Positions 56,281 through 64,000 of a DNA stretch of 64,000 bases are shown here, one piece after another (position 1 is the stretch's first letter; every line of letters starts with the position of its first letter). Made by a program: the position numbers and the translations under genes. A model generated the notes under the pieces. It ran no database searches, was not told where the DNA came from, and saw nothing but the letters and a program-made list of their open reading frames with translations. This DNA is from Candidatus Magasanikiibacteriota bacterium (GTDB taxonomy: Bacteria; Patescibacteriota; Patescibacteriia; Magasanikbacterales; UBA922): positions 91,029 through 155,028 of the forward strand of contig JBAYVA010000003.1 in the NCBI GenBank assembly GCA_041674805.1, in the 5' to 3' direction.

Positions 56281-57246
56281 TTATAAACCCATTATTTCTT
56301 TTAATGAATTAGCCAATTTGTCTGGACAAAGTCCACCACCAATTCTTTCATAATCACATTCAAGCACATTGTGATCTAATAAGTTTTCTTTATCATATCC
56401 TATCAGCTCCCAACCACGTTCTTTATATTTTTCTTTTTCTTCTTTATTCAAAATATGATTATTATAAATAATATAATCAAGTTTCCTACCAATATATTTT
56501 TCCAAAGTCAACACAGCTTCACTAAATTCTGTAGGTCCAGTTTCTCCAGTCAAGTGATAAGCATTACCAAAAACATAAATCAATTTTGCTTTTGATTTTT
56601 GTAAAGCCTCTTTAAATCCTTTTGGTAAAATAGTTGCGATAACACTAGTATAGAGATCTCCAGGTCCAAGAAAAATATAATCTGCTTTTCCCAAAACTTT
56701 TTTTGTATCTACATAAATAGCAGGGCTTTCTTTTTCGTTTTCTTTTTCTAACCAAACTTTTTTTATTTTGATATTATTATCATATTTTGGTTCATCAATA
56801 TCTGCCTCACCAAAAATAATATCTCCATTTTGCAATTCAGCCAACAAATTACTTTTTTCAAGAGTTGTAGGATAAACAGTCGCTACAGATTCCAAAGCTT
56901 GTTCAAAAGCTCTCACAGCTGTCATAAAATCACTATACTGTGCGGCAAAAGTTAAAAATATATTTCCAATATTATGATTAGTCAAATTGCCAGAATCAGA
57001 AAATCTGTTTTTATAAAAAATTTGTTTCAAAAAATGATAATCATACTTTGAAACAGACAAAATAGCTCTCATAATATCTCCAGGAGGCAAAACACCTAAT
57101 TCTTTTCTAAGTTTACCGGTTGAAGAACCACCTGAATCACTCATACCCACAACAACCGACAAATTTATATTATCAATAAATTTTTTTAAAGCGACGACAG
57201 TCGTTGGCATACCATTCCCTCCACCAATTGTAACAACATTTTTCAT
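56281..57246 (-). CDS. YvcK/CofD-like (UPF0052) gluconeogenesis-factor family protein
   Basis: VVTIGGGNGMPTTVVALKKF and VVGMSDSGGSSTGKLR signatures. Confidence 0.7.
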   Translation of the reverse strand: MKNVVTIGGGNGMPTTVVALKKFIDNINLSVVVGMSDSGGSSTGKLRKELGVLPPGDIMRAILSVSKYDYHFLKQIFYKNRFSDSGNLTNHNIGNIFLTFAAQYSDFMTAVRAFEQALESVATVYPTTLEKSNLLAELQNGDIIFGEADIDEPKYDNNIKIKKVWLEKENEKESPAIYVDTKKVLGKADYIFLGPGDLYTSVIATILPKGFKEALQKSKAKLIYVFGNAYHLTGETGPTEFSEAVLTLEKYIGRKLDYIIYNNHILNKEEKEKYKERGWELIGYDKENLLDHNVLECDYERIGGGLCPDKLANSLKEIMGL

Positions 57247-57298
57247 ATTTAAAATATTTTGTTTTAATGTTTTTATGTTTTCATATTTTAATGAAAAA

Positions 57299-59134
57299 CT
57301 ATTCTACTGTAACAGATTTTGCTAAGTTACGTGGTCTATCCACATCACGACCTAAAGTCACAGCAGTATGATAAGCAAACAATTGCAAAGCCACACTATT
57401 CAAAAGTGGTTCTAGCAACTCCATAGTTTCTGACACATAGATAATATCTTCAGACAAATCTTTGGCACCAACATCACCTTCAGTAGCTATCAAAATAACC
57501 GGCGCTTTACGAGCTTTTATTTCTTCCACGTTGCTTCTCATTTTATCATAAAGTTGATTTTTGGTCATAATAGCAAAAATAGGAAAGTCCGTACTAAGCA
57601 AAGCAATATGTCCATGCTTTAGTTCTCCACCAGGAAAAGCATCTGCATGCACATAAGAAATTTCTTTGAGTTTGAGAGCACCTTCCAAAGCTACTGGATA
57701 ATTGACACCACGCCCAATAAACATCATATTTTTGGTATTTTTGTATTTTTCCGCAATAACTTTTATATTATCACTTTGCTCCAAAATTTTAGTCATTTTT
57801 TCTGGTATTTCAAGCATTGCTTTCAAAATTCTTTCTCCTGTAGCTAGACTAGTTCTCTTGAGACGACCGAATTGTAAAGCATACAAGAGCAAGACTGCTA
57901 CTGTATTAGTATAAGCTTTGGTAGAAGCTACAGCTAGCTCTGGACCAGCATGAATATAAGTTCCTCCATCAGTTTCTCTGGCAATTGTAGAACCAACAAC
58001 ATTTACTACACCACGCACAAAAGCACCTTTACGTTTGGCTTCACGCAAGGCTGCCAAAGTATCGGCAGTTTCGCCAGATTGAGACAACACAAAAACCAAA
58101 GTTTTTTCGTCAACAATTGGATCACTATAACGAAATTCACTAGAAACTTCTACCGTAGTAGGAATTCCTGCCAAACGCTCAAAAGCATATTTGCCAACCA
58201 TACCAGCATACGAAGCTGTGCCACAAGCAATCAAAATTATTTTGTTGACACTATGCATTTCTTCTTCTGTCATGTTAATTCCTCCCAAAAAAGAAATACC
58301 ATTTTTCAAATCATAGCGCCCACGAATAGCATCTACAAAAACTCTTGGTTGATCAAAAATTTCTTTGAGCATGAAATGTGGAAAACCTTGTTTCTGTGCT
58401 TCAGCTTCATCCCATTCTATTTCTTCAATATTTTTTTGTACAATTTCATCTTTGATATTGAAAGTATTCATCTTACCTCCACTAATTTCCAAGACTTCAT
58501 TGTCATCCAAGAAAATTACTTTTTTGGTATAAGACAAAATTGGTGAAGCATCACTCGCAATAAAATATTCTTCCTGTCCATTGTCAGTATTTACTCCCAC
58601 AACAAGAGGACTTCCCAGACGAGCAGCTACAATAGTATCTGGATGATCACTATGCATGGCTACCAATGCGTAAGTACCACGCACCATAGTCAAAGATTTT
58701 TCTACAGCCAAACGCAAGTCTCCAGTATAATTATTTTCAATTAAGTGCGCCAAAATTTCAGTATCAGTTTCTGTTTTGAAAGTATGTTTACTTCCCAACA
58801 TTTCTTTTATTTCTCGATAGTTTTCTATAATACCATTATGAACAATGACCAGTTTTTCATCACAACCAAAATGAGGATGAGCATTTTCCTCTGTCACTCC
58901 GCCATGTGTAGCCCAACGAGTATGAGCAATTCCCACATGCCCTGTGAATTTTTCATTTTTTATTTTGTCAGCCAAATTATCTATGCGACCAACTGATCTA
59001 ATTCTTTTGATACTAGAATCTTCAATGATAGCCACACCCGCACTATCATAACCACGATATTCAAGACGTCGCAAACCTTTTATTAAAATTGGTAATGCTT
59101 CTTTATTCCCGATGTATCCAATTATTCCGCACAT
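57299..59134 (-). CDS. glmS: Glutamine--fructose-6-phosphate aminotransferase (isomerising)
   Basis: MCGIIGYIG N-terminal nucleophile and two SIS domains; 611 aa. Confidence 0.95.
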   Translation of the reverse strand: MCGIIGYIGNKEALPILIKGLRRLEYRGYDSAGVAIIEDSSIKRIRSVGRIDNLADKIKNEKFTGHVGIAHTRWATHGGVTEENAHPHFGCDEKLVIVHNGIIENYREIKEMLGSKHTFKTETDTEILAHLIENNYTGDLRLAVEKSLTMVRGTYALVAMHSDHPDTIVAARLGSPLVVGVNTDNGQEEYFIASDASPILSYTKKVIFLDDNEVLEISGGKMNTFNIKDEIVQKNIEEIEWDEAEAQKQGFPHFMLKEIFDQPRVFVDAIRGRYDLKNGISFLGGINMTEEEMHSVNKIILIACGTASYAGMVGKYAFERLAGIPTTVEVSSEFRYSDPIVDEKTLVFVLSQSGETADTLAALREAKRKGAFVRGVVNVVGSTIARETDGGTYIHAGPELAVASTKAYTNTVAVLLLYALQFGRLKRTSLATGERILKAMLEIPEKMTKILEQSDNIKVIAEKYKNTKNMMFIGRGVNYPVALEGALKLKEISYVHADAFPGGELKHGHIALLSTDFPIFAIMTKNQLYDKMRSNVEEIKARKAPVILIATEGDVGAKDLSEDIIYVSETMELLEPLLNSVALQLFAYHTAVTLGRDVDRPRNLAKSVTVE

Positions 59135-59146
59135 ATGATTTTTATT

Positions 59147-59190
59147 ATCCTGAAGCGTAGCGAAGGATCTGTAGAGTCTGAGAACTTTTG
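59147..59190 (-). promoter_or_regulatory. Conserved GC-rich 5'-leader element (copy 2), about 12 nt upstream of the glmS start
   Basis: Plus strand atcctgaagcgtagcgaaggatctgtagagtctgagaac. mRNA-sense strand ends ...CGCUUCAGGAUAAUAAAAAUCAU-AUG. Confidence 0.5.
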
Positions 59191-59232
59191 TTTTAGCTAC
59201 GTTCTTTGTTGATGAGTTAAATACTTTATTTG

Positions 59233-59856
59233 TTAATTATTTTTGAAGAAATTTACTAAATCAGAAAAATTTGCAAAAGAAATACAATCTTTTTCTGGTT
59301 TACCAAATCCATATGAAACATGTATAAACTTTGTATTAGACAAATCTGCAGCCTGTTCATCCCAAACAGTATCACCAACATATACAGTATCTTCCAGAGA
59401 ATATTTCTTTTTCATATTCTGTATCATTTCACTTTTAGGTACTTGTGACATACCATGACAATCATAATCTACCAAAACATTTTCTAATTTAGAAAATTTC
59501 AAAAATAATTTAAGGTACCAATCTTGACAATTACTTACAACAAATACAGAATAATCTTTTGATAATTCTTTTATACCTTCCAGAACCCCCTCATAAAAAT
59601 CACCACCATATTGTTTTACAGATTCTGTTTCATGAAAATTAAAAGTCTCTAACAAATCAGGATATTTATCAGACAAATTTGGCAATAAAGACGTAATACA
59701 TTCTTGATATGGTTTGCCAGCAACACTCTCTAAATCTACAGCTGTTACGCGTGCTTCCTCACCCAAAGCTTCCAAGGCTTTGTTCCAGCCTTTAGCACTA
59801 GCAGAGCTAGCTTTCCACAGAGTGCCATCCATATCAAATATTATTGATTTTTTCAT
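59233..59856 (-). CDS. HAD-superfamily hydrolase
   Basis: Motif I IIFDMDGTLW. Confidence 0.75.
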   Translation of the reverse strand: MKKSIIFDMDGTLWKASSASAKGWNKALEALGEEARVTAVDLESVAGKPYQECITSLLPNLSDKYPDLLETFNFHETESVKQYGGDFYEGVLEGIKELSKDYSVFVVSNCQDWYLKLFLKFSKLENVLVDYDCHGMSQVPKSEMIQNMKKKYSLEDTVYVGDTVWDEQAADLSNTKFIHVSYGFGKPEKDCISFANFSDLVNFFKNN

Positions 59857-59874
59857 ATATAATTTTAATTTATT

Positions 59875-60360
59875 TTATATTAAAAAACCCATCTCAAAAA
59901 CTTGTTTATTTTCTTCCCAATTTTTTTTACTAGCAAGTTTTTTTTCAAAAATCACAAAAATATCATCTTTGCTAATCAGATTTTTTTCTGACAAAAATTT
60001 GGCGATTACTCCCAAGAAAAAAATATTAAGACTACTACGTGATATTTTGTTTTGTAAAATTATTTCTTGATAATTTTTGAAATCAATAATTTCAGTATCA
60101 GCCGAAACATGTTCAGAAGTTCTCTCTCTTGCCTGCTCTGACATAAGTAACAAAAAATCTGCTTTGGCAAATTTTGGATAAAATATTTGTTTATCAGAAA
60201 CTTGGATGAAACTCAAAGAAACTCCACCGCGTTGTTCCAAACCATAATTTGGGATAGAGCTTACTTCAAAATTTTTGGCAAAAAAACATTCAGACACTAT
60301 TTTGGCAATTGTCTGCACACCTTGTCCTCCGTCTCCTGCAAGTAAAATTTTAAACTTCAT
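59875..60360 (-). CDS. 2-oxoacid:ferredoxin oxidoreductase gamma subunit
   Basis: MKFKILLAGDGGQGVQTIAKIV ... NYGLEQRGGVS. Confidence 0.75.
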   Translation of the reverse strand: MKFKILLAGDGGQGVQTIAKIVSECFFAKNFEVSSIPNYGLEQRGGVSLSFIQVSDKQIFYPKFAKADFLLLMSEQARERTSEHVSADTEIIDFKNYQEIILQNKISRSSLNIFFLGVIAKFLSEKNLISKDDIFVIFEKKLASKKNWEENKQVFEMGFLI

Positions 60361-60371
60361 ATTTTTAGAAA

Positions 60372-61037
60372 TTAATATTCACCCATTACAAAAACATTTT
60401 TCAAACCTTCCAAAAAGTTATTTGTTTCTATACCAAAAGTTTTCCATGAGGTCGGGCAATAAGACAAAACTTCGACAATAGCAAAGTTTCCTTCTTTTTG
60501 AGACTCAATAGCTTTTTGTAAATATTCTTGCAATTGTTTTGGATTGTTGACCGCTGTGCGAGCGACAAAAGCTTTTTTGTTGACGGCTCTAACCAAAGCC
60601 AAACCATCGATAGGCTCTTCACTATTACCTACTGGGGAAGTCAAAGTTATTTGATTTTTCATAGTTGTGGGTGCAGTTTGCCCACCAGTCATAGCATAGA
60701 CAGAATTATTGACCACAATCACCGTGACAGGATCATTACGTTTGGCAGACCACAACAAACTTTGCAAACCAATAGAATAAGCTCCACCATCTCCAGTGTA
60801 AGCAAAAGTCAGAGCTTCTGGTTTGGCACGTTTGAAACCAACCATTGTAGGAGTTACACGCCCATGATGTGTTTGGAAAGTATTAACTTGCAAAAAATCC
60901 CAAGCCAAAAGTGAACAGCCAATGTCCAAGCCTAAAACACTTTTTTGATCTTCCTTATTATTTTTCAAAATTTTGTATAAATTCTGTAAGATAATTGGAT
61001 GACCACAACCCATACAAAATTTGGCATCTTTGGACAT
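60372..61037 (-). CDS. 2-oxoacid:ferredoxin oxidoreductase beta subunit (TPP-binding)
   Basis: CMGCGHP cysteine motif and TPP-binding GDGGAYSIG. Confidence 0.75.
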   Translation of the reverse strand: MSKDAKFCMGCGHPIILQNLYKILKNNKEDQKSVLGLDIGCSLLAWDFLQVNTFQTHHGRVTPTMVGFKRAKPEALTFAYTGDGGAYSIGLQSLLWSAKRNDPVTVIVVNNSVYAMTGGQTAPTTMKNQITLTSPVGNSEEPIDGLALVRAVNKKAFVARTAVNNPKQLQEYLQKAIESQKEGNFAIVEVLSYCPTSWKTFGIETNNFLEGLKNVFVMGEY

Positions 61038-61038
61038 A

Positions 61039-62085
61039 TTATTTGTTACTTAAAACTAAATCAACAATTTCTTCCGCTTCAACACCAACCGCTGGTTTGA
61101 AAATTCCTGAAATTTTCACTTCATATTCCAAATTTTGTTTTACCAAATCTCGCAACTGACCAAGGCTAGATTCACAAACAAAAATATTTTTTATTTTTTT
61201 GGCAAGTTTGTTCAATTCATCTTTTGGAAAAGGGCTAAGTGAAATAGGGCGAAACAAAGCAACTTTTTTATTTTGTTTATTCAGCTCATCAACGGCTTCT
61301 TTGGCAACAGCTCCCACAATACCATGGGCAATAACTAAATTTTCCACATCATCTATAGCAACATCACCTGAATATATTTCAAACTCTACAATTTCTTTAC
61401 TCATTTCATCAAAATCTTGTTTATTTTTTTCAAGTTCAGACATCAATTCTTTTTCCAAAGTATAAATATTTCTAATATTTTTTTGACTAGTTTCATCTAC
61501 AAGCGCTAGCAATTTTTGGTTTTCAATTTTTGTTTCTGGCAAAGAAAAACTTTGTCTAGTTTTCAGCAAATAACCATCAGTCAAAAGAATACTAGGAAAA
61601 CGATATTTATAAGCATAATTAAAAACTTTGCGAGTCAGACTATACAATTCTTCAAGATTAGACGGAGATAAGACAATACGCATTCCCTCTCCATTGCCAC
61701 CATGAATACTCAAATTTACTTCTTGTTGCGAATAGATGACAGTACCTGAACTTGGTCCACCACGTTGCCCTATCAGAGCCACAAAAGGCAATCTCATACC
61801 TTCGGCCATACTAAGGGCATCTTGCATAAGTACTGTCCCCGGACCAGCTGTCGCTGTAAAAGCTTTGGCTCCCGCCATAACAGCACCACAAACAGCAAAA
61901 CCAGCCGCGACTTCATCTTCGGTTTGTAAACAATGCAAATTTTTATTTTGTAAAGATTTGTTTATCCAGCCAGACAATATTTCAGTAGTCGGTGTAATTG
62001 GGTAACCAAACATTTGGGTAGCTTCCGCATCTTCACAGGCTTCTAATACCACATCATAACCATTCAAAAATCTTTTTTCAGACAT
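61039..62085 (-). CDS. 2-oxoacid:ferredoxin oxidoreductase alpha subunit
   Basis: GYPITPTTEI pyrimidine-binding-domain motif. Track start 62145 overlaps the upstream gene, so the start was moved to MSEKRFLNGYD. Confidence 0.7.
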   Translation of the reverse strand: MSEKRFLNGYDVVLEACEDAEATQMFGYPITPTTEILSGWINKSLQNKNLHCLQTEDEVAAGFAVCGAVMAGAKAFTATAGPGTVLMQDALSMAEGMRLPFVALIGQRGGPSSGTVIYSQQEVNLSIHGGNGEGMRIVLSPSNLEELYSLTRKVFNYAYKYRFPSILLTDGYLLKTRQSFSLPETKIENQKLLALVDETSQKNIRNIYTLEKELMSELEKNKQDFDEMSKEIVEFEIYSGDVAIDDVENLVIAHGIVGAVAKEAVDELNKQNKKVALFRPISLSPFPKDELNKLAKKIKNIFVCESSLGQLRDLVKQNLEYEVKISGIFKPAVGVEAEEIVDLVLSNK

Positions 62086-62092
62086 AATATTT

Positions 62093-62860
62093 TTAAGATA
62101 ATTTTTTCTTAGCTTGTTCCAATTGTTCCAAGGTATTGATACCAACAGTTTCTTCAGCTGGAATTATTACACTCTCTACTTTTTCATTTTGTGAAATAGC
62201 AATATCTACCAAATCAGTCAAATAGTATTCATTTTGAACATTATTAGTTTTCAAACTATTTATATTTTCCCAAAGCCACTTACTTTCAAAACAATAATAC
62301 GCTGCATTTCCTTCCGATATTTTTAATTCTTCTTCTGTACAGTCTTTTTTCTCGGTAATATTTATAACCTTTCCATTTTCATCACGCACTACCCGACCAA
62401 AATCAAAAAATCTGGCGTTATCTCCTTCTAAATTTGGCCAGCTAACCGAAGCCATAGTAACTTTTGTCTTTTCTTTGATATTATTTTGTATAATATCTTC
62501 CATAGTTTTTTGACTTATAAAAGGAGAATCACCTGGCAATACAATAATTTGTTCAAACTTATTTTTCATCACACCTTCAGCCATCATAACTGCATGCCCA
62601 GTACCCAGCTGTTCTTCTTGCAAAGCATAAATGACTTTGTCTCCAAAATAATTTTCTACCACTTCATGTTTAAAACCAACCACAAGACAAATTTGCTTAT
62701 CAGAAAAACCCATCTTACGCAAAGTATCTACCACATATTCTACAATAGGCTTACCATTCAAATCCAACATTACTTTTGGTCTGTCTGTGCAATTGAGACG
62801 AGTACCTTTGCCACCCGCCAAAATTACCACGCCGATTTTATTTAAATTAGTTTGTGACAT
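62093..62860 (-). CDS. Sugar-phosphate nucleotidyltransferase (NTP_transferase family)
   Basis: VILAGGKGTRL N-terminal signature. Confidence 0.75.
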   Translation of the reverse strand: MSQTNLNKIGVVILAGGKGTRLNCTDRPKVMLDLNGKPIVEYVVDTLRKMGFSDKQICLVVGFKHEVVENYFGDKVIYALQEEQLGTGHAVMMAEGVMKNKFEQIIVLPGDSPFISQKTMEDIIQNNIKEKTKVTMASVSWPNLEGDNARFFDFGRVVRDENGKVINITEKKDCTEEELKISEGNAAYYCFESKWLWENINSLKTNNVQNEYYLTDLVDIAISQNEKVESVIIPAEETVGINTLEQLEQAKKKLS

Positions 62861-63482
62861 ATTCTTTTATTTCTGTTAAAGTTTTGAAATATTTTAAACC
62901 ACTTTTTTTATATTCTTCTTCTGTAAGAGTAACAGCTTGTTTCAAAATTACTTTTACTTCTGGAAAATCATTTTTTATTTTTTGACTTTCTTCAATTTTA
63001 TCGTTTATAAAAAATACATTACTATCTTTACTATCTTTATTTTCAGCTAAGATTTCTTTCACAACCAATTCTTTATCTTTACCACGAAAAAAAGCTTGCT
63101 TAAAATATTTAGAAATACGACACTCTTCAACTTTTAATTTCTGAAAGTTTTCATCACCCAAACTAAGTAAATACAAATCTTGCTTAGATTCTTTCAAACT
63201 TTCCAAAAAATAAATAGCATCTTCAAACAAAAAATTATTTATCTTTTCTTTAACTTTATTTAAATTATCCAAAACTTGTTTGTAATCAAATCCTTCTCTA
63301 TCCAAAATACTAGCATGCCTTTCAAAAGAATAAGAAAAATTTCCATCTGACAAAATTCTCGCCTCAGCATAAGTCTGCCAAAACAATTTTTCACCAATTC
63401 CCAAACTCAGCAAACTACTAGCTAATTCTTGTTTGAATTTTTGAGTATCAAATAGTGTGTCGTCAAAGTCGATGATGAACAT
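62847..63482 (-). CDS. HAD-superfamily hydrolase
   Basis: MFIIDFDDTLFDT motif I. Confidence 0.65.
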   Translation of the reverse strand: MFIIDFDDTLFDTQKFKQELASSLLSLGIGEKLFWQTYAEARILSDGNFSYSFERHASILDREGFDYKQVLDNLNKVKEKINNFLFEDAIYFLESLKESKQDLYLLSLGDENFQKLKVEECRISKYFKQAFFRGKDKELVVKEILAENKDSKDSNVFFINDKIEESQKIKNDFPEVKVILKQAVTLTEEEYKKSGLKYFKTLTEIKEYVTN

Positions 63483-63536
63483 AAAGTTTTTTCTACAATA
63501 TTCTGTTTAAAAAAATATTTTGCTATTTTTATATAA

Positions 63537-63603
63537 GAGATAAATAGAGATAAAATAGAGATAATAACAAAAAAATTTTATCTCTATTTTATCTCTTTAT
63601 CTC
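63537..63603. repeat. 28-bp near-perfect inverted repeat built from tandem AGAGATAAA(A)T units, with a 13-nt A-rich spacer
   Basis: Left arm gagataaatagagataaaatagagataa. Right arm reverse complement gagataaagagataaaatagagataa (26/28 match). Confidence 0.6.
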
Positions 63604-63661
63604 AGTTTATTAACGATAACAACTAATAAAACTTTTACTATACCGCGGACTTCTTAAGCTG

Positions 63662-63979
63662 TTACAACGTCCCCCAAACCTGGTCAAATATCATTTTCTG
63701 TGTTTCACAAATTCCAACATTTTCAATAATCACGCCAACTAAATTATCTTTACTATCAAAAGAAATATAAGCGGTCTTGCCTGGATAAATAAAAATATAA
63801 GTTGGTGTTTTACTATTTTGCTTGAGCCACTTGCGTTCGTCGAGTCCTCGCAACTCGCCACCAGTACCTGTAGCAATCACTTTGACTTCAATATTCTTGG
63901 CAATACGCGCGTCGCTAAAGGATGGAAAATTTTCGTACAAATGCTCTGTCACTTTCTCAGCTGAATACACCCGATACAA
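63662..63979 (-). CDS. Hypothetical protein
   Basis: 105-aa ORF with no recognised motif. Confidence 0.3.
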   Translation of the reverse strand: MYRVYSAEKVTEHLYENFPSFSDARIAKNIEVKVIATGTGGELRGLDERKWLKQNSKTPTYIFIYPGKTAYISFDSKDNLVGVIIENVGICETQKMIFDQVWGTL

Positions 63980-64000
63980 CTTTTCTTCTGAATTTTCACA

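Noticed and set aside
59135-59232. Possible glmS ribozyme in the glmS leader
   Set aside because: The intergenic leader is only about 98 nt, shorter than the ribozyme core. None of the conserved core segments is visible. The conserved element present is shared with an unrelated operon.

Overview
This is an AT-rich (about 30% GC), gene-dense bacterial chromosomal segment, mostly coded on the minus strand. Its reduced-genome character suggests a Patescibacteria/CPR-like or similar small-genome organism, but that is inference only. Non-ORF coordinates are hand-derived and may be off by 1-2 nt.

Housekeeping content:
- A surface-glycan locus: an O-antigen-ligase-like membrane protein, a nucleotidyltransferase, three GT4 glycosyltransferases and a priming sugar-phosphotransferase.
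- RNase P RNA, riboflavin synthase, tRNA-Leu(GAG), a lipid kinase and a bactofilin.
- Two histidine kinases, pyrD, and the tRNA ligases argS, tyrS and valS.
- A DHH-family NrnA-like phosphoesterase, enolase, a SIMPL protein, RNase J, an orphan family-5 substrate-binding protein, secG and a DsbA-like protein.
- uvrA, rplS, gmk, rluD, glmS and a YvcK-like protein.

Notable accessory or unusual content:
1. A tandem pair of iPGM (cofactor-independent phosphoglycerate mutase) paralogs, one of which has lost most metal-ligand residues. The pair is flanked by Avd-like four-helix-bundle genes.
2. A small defense island: a full LexA repressor (wHTH plus S24 peptidase) fused to a C5 cytosine DNA methyltransferase, convergent with a candidate restriction endonuclease, next to an AbiEii-like nucleotidyltransferase and a membrane-anchored NERD/PD-(D/E)xK nuclease. 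A roughly 1-kb cassette within it is bracketed by near-identical terminator hairpins.
3. An array of three tRNA-like pseudo-elements around one intact tRNA (anticodon UAU) and a small GIY-YIG nuclease gene.
4. GC-rich palindromic elements inserted in-frame into two genes (endoQ-like and sucC).
5. A 34-bp element built of 9-bp-periodic ATCCG(T/G)A units, present four times in three promoter-proximal intergenic regions.
6. A pyruvoyl-dependent histidine-decarboxylase-like gene next to a GNAT-like gene.
7. A 2-oxoacid:ferredoxin oxidoreductase (alpha, beta, gamma) near SucCD-like and a short citrate-synthase-family (citryl-CoA-lyase-like) gene.
8. A strongly signalled 48-aa lysine/alanine-rich histone-like gene.
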